A DNA stretch of 64,000 nucleotides from assembly GCA_963842645.1 (NCBI GenBank), contig CAWJGY010000009.1, forward strand, positions 15,433-79,432, in the 5' to 3' direction. The notes below the pieces were generated by a model. The model was given only the letters and a program-made list of their open reading frames with translations. It made no database searches and was not told the origin of the DNA. A program made the position numbers and the translations under genes. The DNA comes from an uncultured Alphaproteobacteria bacterium (GTDB lineage: Bacteria; Pseudomonadota; Alphaproteobacteria; Rhizobiales; Xanthobacteraceae). Of this stretch, positions 8,639 through 21,054 are shown piece after piece (position 1 is the stretch's first letter; each line of letters opens with the position of its first letter).

Positions 8639-9079
8639 ATGCGAATCAGCCGCGATTCGGATAGCGACCCCTGTCCGGTCACCGACGACATGCTGGGCGA
8701 GCTTTATCGGGCCAGCAGGGGCGGCCTCCCAGAGCTGATTGCCACCGTGAGCCCCGATGTCAGGGCGGCGCTGGCGTTGTACTGCTACCGCCGCGGCCAC
8801 CTTAAGGGGATTGGGCTCGCCATCGCATCGACCTGCAACATATATGACCTTGAGACGTCGGGCGGGACGGCCGGTGCGGCACTGTTCGCCCGGTCTCGCG
8901 AGGCCGCACCGGTGACGCCGGTCGCGTCGCAATACGTGGCGCGGCAGAAGATCACGCTTGCCAGCGGCTCGTTGCGCAAGAGCCTACCGATCGACGAAGA
9001 GGTCGAGCCGGACGATGCGCCCGACTCCGAGCCACCCGAGCCGGCGCCGTCGGAATCCGTGCCGCCGGAATCCGCTTGA
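8639..9079 (+). CDS. Hypothetical protein
   Basis: RBS GGGAG; CPV..LGELYRAS..RAALALYCYRRGHL..GLAIASTC looks globular; acidic Pro-rich tail. Confidence 0.7.
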   Translation: MRISRDSDSDPCPVTDDMLGELYRASRGGLPELIATVSPDVRAALALYCYRRGHLKGIGLAIASTCNIYDLETSGGTAGAALFARSREAAPVTPVASQYVARQKITLASGSLRKSLPIDEEVEPDDAPDSEPPEPAPSESVPPESA

Positions 9080-9166
9080 GGCTTCGCCCCCGCGGCAAAA
9101 GGCGGGGTCGCCCTCCGAAGTAGAATAGCGCGCGGCCTCAGGGTGAGGCGCCCGCCGCAGCGCATT

Positions 9167-10672
9167 TCATTGCCGCCAGGTCGCGAACGCCTGATTGAAA
9201 GCCTGCTCTCCCGGCGTGCCCTTCTCCATGGCGAGGATGGCGCGGCGGTTGTTGTTGTAGATGATCGGGATGTCGAACCAGGAGCGTTCCTTGAGCAGCT
9301 GAACGTTGCGCTGCATGTCGGTCTCGAGCGAGGACAATCCGATCAGGAAATATCCCGGCGTCACCGGCACCGCGAGGCCCGCTAGCGGCACGCCACGGGT
9401 CTGCTCGGCCTGCTTCATCAGCACACCAGGCACTTTCTGCACGCCGCCGGACGGCGAATCGGCCGGCATGTTGAACACGATCTCGACGGTATGGCTCGCC
9501 GGCAGCGACGCGTCAGTGTTGCGGCGGAATGACAATGTCACGCTCATCTTGCGCTCCGGCACATCGATGTCGGCGCGCACCGCGAGCTCCTGCGCACGTC
9601 CCGTCGTCGCCGGCCGCATTTCCGTGCGCCACAGCACAGTACCGACGAAGCGCTTGCCTTGAGGATCGTCCGGCTCCTCCTCATACAGCACGACGCGCTG
9701 CGCCACCGGCGCTCCAGTCGACGGCTGCGGTGACGGCTGACCCAGGCGATCGGTGATCTTGGGGCGCGCCGGCGTCGCCGCCTCGCGCGCGGGCGGTGTG
9801 CTGGAGGATTGGAACAGCGACGCGACGCCGCTGGCGATGCCTGCAATGGTCGCCCGCTGCCAGTACACCAGGGAGCCGAGCCCAATGACGAGCAGCAGCA
9901 CGACGCCCATCCGGATCATCTTGCCGTAGGACGGCGGCGGCCGCCGCGGCGTGAATTGTTCTTCCCGGTCTTCGCGAGGCGCGTGCTGCGGCGGCGCTGG
10001 CTGGTGCGCATCGAAATCGACCGGCGCTTCCGGCTGCGTGCCGTCGAGCGGCAGCGCCCACAGGTTGTCCGGCTGCATTTGCGGCTCGAGCTGGTCGTAT
10101 TCCTCGAGCGGATTGCGCTCCCGCGGTGTCGACGGCGGCATCGGCGCCGGCCGCACACGGGGGTCGGCCCGCTCGCTGGGCTCGTCGGGCTGCGGGTGGC
10201 GCGCCTCCGAAGTGGCGTTCGGATTTGTCGAGACGTCGCGGAATCCTTTCAGTGCCTCGTCCTGCAAGCTCCGCCGGCTGCTGATCGGCTGGCGTGGTTG
10301 CGGAGGAGGCGCTAGCGGTAGCGCCTCTTCGGAGGGAGGCACCTCCGGCGAACTGATCGGCCGGGGCGAGCTCAGCATGCTCGGCGTGATCGGCGTGCGC
10401 GGGGTGGGCCGCGGAATATCTGCGCGCTTGATCAGATTCGGCCGCGCGGTCTCGCGCGCGTTACGCGCCGACTCCGCCTCGACCTTGCGGATCGCTTCTT
10501 CGAGTGACAGTCGCTCGCGGGTGATCTCGGATTCGTCGAGGGCTGGAACCACGCCACGAAGCTGCGCGACCAGCGCCACGCGCGCCCGCTCATAAAGCGC
10601 GCGCCTGTTCTCGCCGGTATTCTTTTCGAGACCGGCGACGGCGCGGGCAATGAGCGGGTGGTAGTCGGCCAT
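9167..10672 (-). CDS. Conserved Hyphomicrobiales bitopic membrane protein (RgsA-like)
   Basis: Helical N-domain (RRALYERAR..LEEAIRKVE), Pro-rich linker, one TM, periplasmic beta domain; immediately downstream of purA. Confidence 0.8.
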   Translation of the reverse strand: MADYHPLIARAVAGLEKNTGENRRALYERARVALVAQLRGVVPALDESEITRERLSLEEAIRKVEAESARNARETARPNLIKRADIPRPTPRTPITPSMLSSPRPISSPEVPPSEEALPLAPPPQPRQPISSRRSLQDEALKGFRDVSTNPNATSEARHPQPDEPSERADPRVRPAPMPPSTPRERNPLEEYDQLEPQMQPDNLWALPLDGTQPEAPVDFDAHQPAPPQHAPREDREEQFTPRRPPPSYGKMIRMGVVLLLVIGLGSLVYWQRATIAGIASGVASLFQSSSTPPAREAATPARPKITDRLGQPSPQPSTGAPVAQRVVLYEEEPDDPQGKRFVGTVLWRTEMRPATTGRAQELAVRADIDVPERKMSVTLSFRRNTDASLPASHTVEIVFNMPADSPSGGVQKVPGVLMKQAEQTRGVPLAGLAVPVTPGYFLIGLSSLETDMQRNVQLLKERSWFDIPIIYNNNRRAILAMEKGTPGEQAFNQAFATWRQ

Positions 10673-10683
10673 CGAACTTTATG

Positions 10684-11984
<1,301 letters not shown>

Positions 11985-12342
11985 TCAGAACCCTTCCCCC
12001 AAGTGCAGCCAAGCCCGGCGGTAGCCAGCGATGCCGGCGGCATCCCCGCAACCGCTTCCGAGCCCAATCCCTGCGAGCGCATGGGGCTCAATCTCGGATA
12101 AAGGATGATGCCGCCCCAGACAAGGCGGCCCAGCTCCGTGCCCCCGGTCTCCACCGGCCGATTTCGGATGATATTTCAAGGTATTACGTCAGCTTTGTGA
12201 GGATTGCAGCGAGAGCTTTCCGAGCGACAGGATAGCGCAGCCGGGGTGTTGGCGAAATCAATCTCGCTCTTGCGAACGGCGCGCCGACACGACAGGCTGC
12301 CACGCGGGACAGGGTTAGGCCCTGCAGCCTAAAGGGGGCGGG

Positions 12343-13289
12343 ATGAAATCGACCAGCACGCTGCTGATGGCAGCGCTTGCGCTCACCGGCGCCACCGGTT
12401 CGCTATGCGCGCAACCCGCCCAATCGACCGCCCCCTTTGAAGTGGCCGCCCTGCCCTACATCGAAATTTTCAGCCCGACGTTCTTCTGGAACGACGAGGC
12501 CGACTTCGTTCGCACCGGCTCGACGACCTGCCCCAGAGGGCCGCGCGATCACCGGCGGCTTGAGCATCCAGCAGGGCAAGGCGTCGCTGCGGATTCTGGA
12601 GAGCTATCCGGATGGCGAATCCTGGGTGGTGCGCGTCGTCAACCGGCAAAAGCCGGAAAGTGTACATTCCTTGCAGGTGCGCGGCTTCGCGCTGTGCCTG
12701 CTGCCGGCGGCCCGCAAGGCATCGGTCTTGATGGCGCAGCAAACCAAGCTGCTGCATGTGTCGACCAAGTTCAGTTTGCCCGCGGGCTTTATCAGCACGG
12801 CCGGCCGCCAAGCCTGCCCGCAAGGCTCGCGCGTGATCTCGGGCGGATTCGGGCTCGACCCGGAATTCCGGGGAGCGGCGTCGCCGCGGCTGGAGCTGAG
12901 CTATCCCGATCCGAACGGCTGGAACGTCAAGGCGGTCAACGGCACGGCCGGATCGGGGCCGGCAGCGGACGTGCGCGGCTATGCGGTCTGCCTCGGCACT
13001 AAGGAAGGCGCCGACATCCGCGGCTTCCAGAGCGTATATTTCGTCGACAAAGAGGTGACGGTGCAAGCCGACAACGGCACCGCACGCCAATCGGTGGCCT
13101 GCGGCGGTCCCAGGCGCCTACGCGCTCGCGGGCGGCGCGCGCACGACCAAAGGACGCAGCGCCAACATCGAGCTGCAGGAAAGCTTCCCCGACACGCCGG
13201 GAAGCTGGACGGTGGGCGTGACCAATCGCGGCGACAAGAAAGCCGGCGACGCGACGGTCAAGCTTTACGCGGTGTGCATCAAGAAGTGA
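12343..13289 (+). CDS. Exported protein with three tandem Cys-bracketed beta domains (apparent frameshifts at ~12535 and ~13110)
   Basis: Signal peptide; three repeats of C(P/G)xG..GG....ES(Y/F)PD..W.V...N.....V..(F/Y)A(L/V)C; stop TGA 13287-13289. Confidence 0.75.
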
Positions 13290-13345
13290 TACGAGCGTGA
13301 ACGGCACGACACGCGCGGTGACGCGCAAGGCTGTATGATCGCGCC

Positions 13346-14587
13346 ATGAACGAGAGATTTTTCGCCGAACTGTCGGCCTGGCTGACCCAGGCCGGCCTCG
13401 CCGGCGCGGCCGAGACCGACATCGTCAATGGATTCTGCGACCGCTGCGTCGCGGCCGGCCTGCCGATCGCCCGCGCCCATGTGTTCATCGACACACTGCA
13501 TCCGGTGCACGAGGGGCGCCTGTTCCGGTGGGGAATCACCGCCAGCGAATCGGCGCAGATCGAATACGGACGAACCAGCGCGGAAGGGCTTTCGGCGTCG
13601 GGCTCCGATCCGGGGCATATCGCGGCCGCCCAACGTTGGCAGCAAAGTCCATTCTACCGAATGCTGCAGACCGGCGATTCGCTGCTGCGGCGCCGGCTGG
13701 TGCCAGAAGCACTGGAGGAATTCACAGTCCTGCCGGAGATGCATGCCGCGGGGATGACCGACTACGTCGCGGTCATCAACCGCTTTGCGGCCGAAGGCGT
13801 GATCGGCGAAATGGACTGTGTGTATTCGTCATGGGCAACGTCAGAGCCTGGCGGCTTCACGGACGGTCAGGTCACGGCGTTGCAGCAGACCTTGCCGTTC
13901 CTCGCGCTGGCCATCAAATCGGTGTCGCTCGCTCACATGACCGGCACGCTGATGCAAACTTATCTGGGGTGGCATGCCGGCCAACGCGTCCTCAGCGGAC
14001 GGATCTTGCGCGGAGTCGCCGACCGGATCGATGCGGTCATATGGTTCAGCGACCTGCGAGGGTTTACCCGGATCACCGACACGGCGCCCGAGCAGGCCAT
14101 CCCACTGTTGAACGATTACGCCGATGTCGTTTTCTCAGCCATTCGCGAACATGGTGGTAGCGTTCTTAAACTGATAGGCGACGGCACGCTTGCGATCTTC
14201 ACCGCCGAAGACAGGACGCGCGCTTGTGGCGCCGCGCTGTCCGCTGCGATCGACGCGCGCACCGGTATAGCCGGTCTGAACCGGCGTCGTGCGGAAAAAA
14301 TCCAGCCTGTCACCGACATGTATCTTGGACTGCATGTCGGCGAGGTGTTCTACGGCAATGTCGGCAGCCGCGAACGGCTGGATTTCACGGTGATCGGCCC
14401 GGCGGTCAACGAAGCGAGCCGGATCGCCGCGATGTGTCGTTCAGTCGATCAGCCCATTCTAATGTCGGCGGCGTTTGCCAATGTCGGAAACATCAGAAGC
14501 CGCCTGGTTTCGGTCGGCCGCTACGCCCTGCGCGGCGTCTCCACCGCGCAGGAACTGTTCACCCTCGATCCCGCCGCACAATCCTAG
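13346..14587 (+). CDS. Soluble adenylate/guanylate cyclase with GAF-like N-terminal domain
   Basis: DTLHP, TYLG..AG.RVL.G, FSDLRGFT, LKLIGDG, DFTVIGPAVNEASRI. Confidence 0.92.
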   Translation: MNERFFAELSAWLTQAGLAGAAETDIVNGFCDRCVAAGLPIARAHVFIDTLHPVHEGRLFRWGITASESAQIEYGRTSAEGLSASGSDPGHIAAAQRWQQSPFYRMLQTGDSLLRRRLVPEALEEFTVLPEMHAAGMTDYVAVINRFAAEGVIGEMDCVYSSWATSEPGGFTDGQVTALQQTLPFLALAIKSVSLAHMTGTLMQTYLGWHAGQRVLSGRILRGVADRIDAVIWFSDLRGFTRITDTAPEQAIPLLNDYADVVFSAIREHGGSVLKLIGDGTLAIFTAEDRTRACGAALSAAIDARTGIAGLNRRRAEKIQPVTDMYLGLHVGEVFYGNVGSRERLDFTVIGPAVNEASRIAAMCRSVDQPILMSAAFANVGNIRSRLVSVGRYALRGVSTAQELFTLDPAAQS

Positions 14588-14594
14588 GGTCCTG

Positions 14595-16262
14595 TCAGGA
14601 GCCCTGGGGTGTGTACTGGACTACCTTGTCCTTGGGCCAGCGCACGCGCCAGCCGAGCTTGATCTCGCGGGTCTCGCCGGGCTTGGCTTCGAACGCCCAT
14701 TCCATCACGCCACGTCGGTCGCGCAGATCGCGCGCGGTCGGCGGCGTGGTCACGGGCAGCATCTCGACCTGGATGTCCTCGGTCTCGCTCACCGGAAGCA
14801 GATCCTCGATCGCAACGCGGATCGCGAACTCGTGGGCGTTGCCGATGATTGTCTTGAATTCGCGCTCATCGGTCCTGGAGGAACTGATCAAGCCGGCAGT
14901 GCCTTCATTGCGACGCACGACAGTTCGGGCGACCTTGACCTTCTCATCGATGCCGAAGCCGAGCCGCACCACCTCGTCTTTGGCGGCGAGCGCCATCGGA
15001 CTCCGCCCGACGAACACTCCGTCACGGTAGATCGACACCCGGCCAGGCAGCAGCGGGGCGTCCTCGGCATGTTTGAAACTTGCCTGCAGGAAGGCGGTCT
15101 CAGCGAGCGCCGGCACCGCGTGCACCATCAGTTCAGGCGCGATGGTCGCGGATGCGATCCGGAAGCTCTTGGAGCCCTGGCCCGCGGGCACCGCGATCCG
15201 CGCCGGAACCCGGAACATCACCTGGAAACCAGCATCCTCGAGAACCGCCTGTTGTTCCTCGGCCTTCTTCAACCGCGGTTGGTCGACGCCACGAGCCAGC
15301 CCTTCTTGCAGCGGGCTGGGCGCCGCCGGCGCGTATGACTGTTCGATCCGCATGTTGGCCATCGGGCGCGGCCCCGTGACCGGAAAACGCACGATCATCG
15401 GCCGCAGATCGGGGGCGCCCCCGCCATGGGCGGTGCGCACGGTGGACACTGCGAGCGCAACGTCGGCCCAATCCTCACCTGTGGACTGCGTGATCTCTGC
15501 GCGGCGAATGAGCTCGAGCGACGGCTTGCCGTTCTTGCCGCCGGTGTCGAGCCGCGCGTCATAGACGGGTGTCCAGCGCGCGCCACGCACCGCATAAGTG
15601 ACGCGCAGCAGCGTCGGCGCAGCAGCGTCGGCGTTCAGATCGATGCGGACTTCAAGCTTCTTGGGAGGCGTGGTATTCCGCTCGGCTTCAAGCCGAGCGA
15701 TGTCGCGGTCGATGTCGCGCTGCTTGATCTTGGCGCTTCGGATCGCGTTGTCGGCGGCGGCGATCTCCTCGGCGACGGCCGTGAATGCCGCGCGCCATTC
15801 ACCGAGCGGCCGCGCCTCGCCCTTCTCGCCGAGGCCCGTGGGCGACGTTTCAGCGAACCGCTCGACGAACTTGCGGCGCGCAGCAGCGGAAGCGATCTCG
15901 CCATCGAGCGCCGTCTTGGCGTCGCGCAGCGCCTCGATGCGCCGATCGATCTGCGGCAGATTTGGCGTGGGGGCGGGCCCCGGCGGGCGCGCATCGACGG
16001 AACCGATCACGAGCCGGGCACCGCCCTCGCCTTCGACGCGCAGCGACGACGGATCGAGCGTGAGTGGAAAGTCGTGCGCAAGCAGCGTCGAGTCGCCTGC
16101 GGGAAGATCGAGGCGAATCAGGCGGGTCACCGTTGCGCCGTCCGGATAGACGGTGACGGAATCGATCTGCGAACTCGCCGTTATTTCGGCGGCCATGGTC
16201 GGCATGGCCGCGACGAGAGCGATGGTCGCAACGAATGAAAGTAGACAATGGCGCATGGGCAT
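14595..16262 (-). CDS. Mucoidy inhibitor MuiA-family protein (DUF4140 + DUF4139)
   Basis: Signal peptide, SVTVYPDGATVTR, coiled coil, ARWTPVYD, QSTGEDW, LLPGRV. Confidence 0.88.
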   Translation of the reverse strand: MPMRHCLLSFVATIALVAAMPTMAAEITASSQIDSVTVYPDGATVTRLIRLDLPAGDSTLLAHDFPLTLDPSSLRVEGEGGARLVIGSVDARPPGPAPTPNLPQIDRRIEALRDAKTALDGEIASAAARRKFVERFAETSPTGLGEKGEARPLGEWRAAFTAVAEEIAAADNAIRSAKIKQRDIDRDIARLEAERNTTPPKKLEVRIDLNADAAAPTLLRVTYAVRGARWTPVYDARLDTGGKNGKPSLELIRRAEITQSTGEDWADVALAVSTVRTAHGGGAPDLRPMIVRFPVTGPRPMANMRIEQSYAPAAPSPLQEGLARGVDQPRLKKAEEQQAVLEDAGFQVMFRVPARIAVPAGQGSKSFRIASATIAPELMVHAVPALAETAFLQASFKHAEDAPLLPGRVSIYRDGVFVGRSPMALAAKDEVVRLGFGIDEKVKVARTVVRRNEGTAGLISSSRTDEREFKTIIGNAHEFAIRVAIEDLLPVSETEDIQVEMLPVTTPPTARDLRDRRGVMEWAFEAKPGETREIKLGWRVRWPKDKVVQYTPQGS

Positions 16263-16370
16263 TTCCTCCGACGGTCAATGACCGCGCAAGGAACGAGCCC
16301 AATTCAGGTTTCCGTGAGGCACCGCCACGGCGGCATCGCGGCCGCGACAAGATGCGTTAATGGATCGCTC

Positions 16371-17959
16371 TCAGAACTTCAGCGGCTTGGCCTGCTGCAC
16401 CTGCGGCAGCGCGCGCACCTTGGCCAGCACATCGCGCCGGCAATTCGCCGTCGATCTCGATCAGCGCGATGGCGCTGCCGCCCGGCGCCTCGCGGCCGAC
16501 GTGGAAGGTGGCGATGTTGATGCCCGCCTCGCCGAGCGTCGACGAGAAACGGCCGATAAAGCCCGGCTTGTCGAGATTGGTGATGTAGATCATCGAAGGC
16601 CCGAACTCGGCGTCCATGCGGATGCCCTTGATGTTGACGATGCGCGGCCGGCCGTCGGCGAACACCGTGCCGGACACCGCGCGCGTCTGGCCCTGGGTCG
16701 TCACCGTCACGGTGATCAGGCTTTCGTAATCGCCCTCGGCCTCCCGCGTCATCTCCTCGACCACGATGCCGCGCTCCTTGGCGACGATCGGCGCGGAGAC
16801 GACGTTGACGTCCTGCAGCATCGGCCGCAGCAATCCGGCGATCGCGGCCGAGGTCAGCGCCTTGGTGTTCATCTGCGCCACCGTGCCCTCGTAGGAGAGT
16901 TGCACCTTGCCGATGCCGGTTTCGGTGAGCTGGCCGGCGAACGAGCCGAGCTTTTCCGCGAGCGCGATGAACGGCTTCAAACGGGGCGCTTCTTCCGCGG
17001 TGATCGAAGGAAAATTCACCGCATTCGAGATCGCGCCGCGCAGCAGGTAGTCCGACATCTGTTCGGCGACCTGCAGCGCGACGTTTTCCTGCGCCTCGCT
17101 GGTGGCGGCGCCGAGATGCGGCGTGCACACCACGTTGGGCAGGCTGAACAGCGGATTGCTGGTCGCCGGCTCCTCGACGAACACGTCGAAGGCCGCGCCG
17201 GCGACGTGGCCGCTTTTCAGCGCATCGTACAGCGCCGCCTCGTCCACCAGGCCGCCGCGCGCGCAGTTGATGATGCGCACGCCCTTTTTCATCTTCTTGC
17301 AGCGCCGCGGCGTCGACGATGTTCTTGGTCTTCTCGGTGAGCGGGGTGTGCAGCGTGACGAAATCGGCGCGCCTGAACAGCTCTTCGAGCTCGACCTTCT
17401 CGACGCCAAGGTCCAACGCGCGCTCCGGCGACAGGAACGGATCGTAGGCGATCACCTTCATCTTCGAAGCCCGACGGCGCGGTCGGCGACGATCGAGCCG
17501 ATGTTGCCGCAACCGATGACGCCGAGCGTCTTGCTGAAAATCTCGACGCCCATGAACTTGTTCTTTTCCCATTTTCCGGCGCGCGTCGACGTGTCGGCCT
17601 CCGGGATCTGCCGCGCCAGCGCCAGCATCAGCGAAATGGCGTGCTCGGCGGTGGTGATCGAATTGCCGAACGGCGTGTTCATCACGATCACGCCCCGGGC
17701 GGTCGCGGCCGGGATGTCGACGTTGTCGACGCCGATGCCGGCGCGGCCGATCACCTTCAGCCTCTTCGCTCGTCTCGAGGATTTTCGGCGATACCTTGGT
17801 GGCGGAGCGGATCGCCAGGCCGTCGTAGCCGCCGATGATTTCGGCGAGCTTGTCCTTGTCCTTGCCGAGGTTGGGCTGGAAATCGACCTCGATGCCGCGG
17901 TCCTTGAAAATCTGCACGGCGGCGGACGACAGCGCATCGGAGATGAGAACGTTGGGCAT
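16371..17959 (-). CDS. serA: D-3-phosphoglycerate dehydrogenase (several apparent frameshifts)
   Basis: [54 protein letters not shown] tail ending AKPLKF*. Confidence 0.95.
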
Positions 17960-18081
17960 GGCCTGATCCAATAAATAATCTGTTTCGGTTTTTCCGGAAT
18001 GTCACCCGCAGGTTTACCCGCGGGCCCATCTTCTTCGCTGGATTGCCGGTCAGCCCGGCCATCCGACAGAGTGCAGATCCC

Positions 18082-19255
18082 CTACGCCGCCTTCGGCAGC
18101 GCGGCCTTGGCCTCGGCGTAGGCCCAGTCGAGCCAAAGCGTCAGCGCCTCGACATCGGCGCGCTCGACGGTCGCGCCGCACCAGATGCGCAAGTCCCGAC
18201 GGCGCGTCGCGGTAGGCGTCGATGTCGTAGGCGATGCCTTCCTTCTCGAGCGCCGCGGCGATGCCCTTGACGAACTTCGCCTGCGCGTCGGCGAGCAAGC
18301 TTCAGCACCGCCGGATCGACCACCTTGAGGCAGACCGAGGTGTTGGAGCGGATCGCCGGATCGCTCGCCAGAAATTCGATCCACGGCGTGCGCGCCACCC
18401 ATTCGGCGATGGCGCCGGCATTGGCATCGGCGCGCGCCATCAGCGCGTTGAGCCCGCCGATCGATTTGCCCCAGCTCAGCGTGTCGAGATAGTCCTCGAC
18501 GCAGAGCATCGACGGCGTGTTGATGGTCGCGCCCTCGAAGATTTCCTCGTTGAGCTTGCCGCCCTTGGTCATGCGGAAAATCTTCGGCAACGGCCAGGCG
18601 GCGTATGAGCTTTCGAGCCGCTCCACCGCGCGCGGCGACAGCACGATCATGCCGTGCGCGGCTTCGCCGCCGAGCGCCTTCTGCCAGGAGAAGGTCACCA
18701 CATCGAGCTTCTTCCAGTCGAGCTTCTGCGCGAAAGCCGCCGAGGTCGCATCGCAGATCGTGAGGCCCTGCGCGATCGGCCTTGATCCAGTCGGCGTTGG
18801 GAACGCGCGCGCCGGAGGTCGTGCCGTTCCAGGTGAACACCACGTCGGAATTCGAATCGACCTTGGACAGATCGGGCAGCTGCGCCGTAGGGCGCCTTGA
18901 GCACCGTGACGTCCTTGAGCTTGAGCTCCTTCTGGACGTCGCTGACCCAGCCTTCGCCGAACGATTCCCAGGCCAGCATGGTGACGGGCCGCGGGCCGAG
19001 CAGCGACCACAGCGCCATTTCGACGGCGCCGGTGTCGGAGGCCGGCACGATGCCGATGCGATAATCCGCGGGCGCTTCCAGCACCTCGCGGGTCAGATCG
19101 ATGGCGCGCTTGAGCTTCGCCTTGCCGATCTTGGATCGGTGCGAACGTCCCAGAACCGCGTCGGTGAGGGCTTGGAGGCTCCAGCCGGGGCGCTTGGCGC
19201 AGGGGCCGGACGAGAAGTGCGGGATGACCGGCCGCACGCCGGGCGGATTGCTCAT
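18082..19255 (-). CDS. serC: Phosphoserine aminotransferase (several apparent frameshifts)
   Basis: [63 protein letters not shown]. Confidence 0.95.
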
Positions 19256-19304
19256 GGCTCTATCCTTCCAGATAGAAGCCCCTCGGTGGGGAGGGGTGGC
19301 CCGC
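19256..19304 (-). promoter_or_regulatory. serC leader cis-regulatory RNA motif (alphaproteobacterial)
   Basis: Minus strand CGGGCCA-CCCCTC-CCCACC-GAGGGG-CTT-CTATC-TGGAAG-GATAG-AGCC-ATG: two short hairpins, the second covering the SD, matching the layout of the Rfam serC motif as recalled. Confidence 0.75.
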
Positions 19305-19379
19305 CGACCGAGATAAGGAAGGGTCGCGCCCGCGTCAAGCGGGCACGACAAGCAGTGCGGCAGAAGCGGCGCTGAGACG

Positions 19380-20103
19380 TCAGTCGACGGACCGGACGCT
19401 GACACGGACTTCTTGACGTCCACTGAACAGCGACGTGTTCCCACTGCCGCGACCTTGGTAGCAGGCGATCGCCCAGGCCGAGTCGGCGTAGCCGCAGCGA
19501 ACATCCAATTCGCGTTGCACCTGCCGGCTACGCCGGCCATCGCGGCCCGGAATAATTCAGCGCTGACCGGCGGCGTCGCGATGCCATGGTGTCGAGGTAT
19601 CGACGTAGTGCACGCTCTTGCAGCTAGCGACACGCCGACGCCGGCGCCGACATACGGCGTAAAGCCAGCCCAAGTGCCGAAGTCGATGTATGGCGTTCGC
19701 CAGCACCGACTGCGACGAGATCTTGGCGGTGTATTGCGGCTGGTGTCGCCGCCACGCTGGTGGTGGCGCTCGCGTTCGTCGCCGGCGCGCGGTCATCGAC
19801 GTCAGTGTCGGCGCGGAACCATTGGTACTTGCAAGCCGAAGCCGAGGGTGCCCGCGACCGCGCCGGCGAATTTTTGCATCGGTGATCGGTGGCCGCTGAC
19901 GGGCCGCCACCGTCCAGCGATAGCCGATGTCACCGCGCAGGTACCAGCCGGACATCAATTCCCGATAGCGCGGATCGGGCCTCTCGTATTCGGGCTCCGG
20001 CGGCTGGACGCCGCCAGGATCCGGGCGGATCGGCGGCGTGGGCGCTCGCGACGAACGCGAACGCTCCCATGCAGCCGATGACGATGGCCCTGACCCCGGT
20101 CAT
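19380..20103 (-). pseudogene. Degraded outer-membrane beta-barrel (Omp25/RopB-like) paralog
   Basis: Signal MTGVRAIVIG..SAHAAD, then SGWYLRGDIGY and [17 protein letters not shown] in shifting frames; many indels (may be assembly noise). Confidence 0.6.
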
Positions 20104-20116
20104 GCGGCGGTCCGTC

Positions 20117-20973
20117 TCAGCCGCGCCGCATCAGCGGCGGCAGCATGCCGGCTGCGTCTGCGCCGGCGGCTCGAGCATCCAGCGGACGCCGAGCTTGAGG
20201 TCGTGCGACGTGATGTTCTTGAAGGTGAACGGCCCGCCGTTGCGTGAAGCTGTTGTCGAAGGCCCGTGTCGCACCGGTCGTGCCGCTGCCCATATCGATA
20301 TAGCGGTAGCCGAGATCGATGCTCATCGACTGCGTCACCTTGTAGGTGATGCCGGCGTGCACGGCCCAGGCGAAATTCCATTTGGTGGCATCCGCGGCGT
20401 AGACGGTGGAAGCGGCGAGGTCAGCGGACATAGGTGAAGCCGTCGTCGCGGAAGCCGCTGATCTTGACGTTGGCGCTGCCGACGCCGGCGCCGACATAAG
20501 GCGTCACGCACCACCAGGTGCCGAGATCGACATAGGCGTTGGCCAGGAACACCCACTCCGACTTGCTGCCCGAGTAGTTGTCGACGCCGACGCCCTGCGC
20601 CGCCGCCGGTTGAAGCGTGACGTTGTCGGAGCCGTGGAAGTTGGCCTTGCCGCGATATTCGCCGGTGAGGTCGGCGCGGAACCAGTCGTTGAATTTGTAG
20701 CCGACGCCGATGCCGAAAAACATCGAGCTGTCCCAGCCCATGCCGACCGCTTCGACGGTCGTGCCTGGAACGTCGTACAGGCGTTGATGCAGGCCCTTGA
20801 ATTGCTGGTTGGTCATGCCGATGTCGCCGCGGAGATACCAGCCCGAGGCGGAGGCAAATTCTTCGACCGGCGGCATGTAGACCGGCGGCAGTCCCGGCAT
20901 GTCGGCCGCATTTGCCAGCTCGCGCAAAGAGCGCGACGGCTCCGGCAACTGACGCAACTTTCACACTCACCAT
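20117..20973 (-). CDS. Outer-membrane beta-barrel protein, porin/opacity type (apparent frameshifts)
   Basis: [66 protein letters not shown]. Confidence 0.85.
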
Positions 20974-21054
20974 GACATCACCCTCTCGTCGCGCAGAGTG
21001 ACGCGTGACGACTCCGCGGAGAATCACGAACGGGGCGAGGATGGCAGCGAATGT

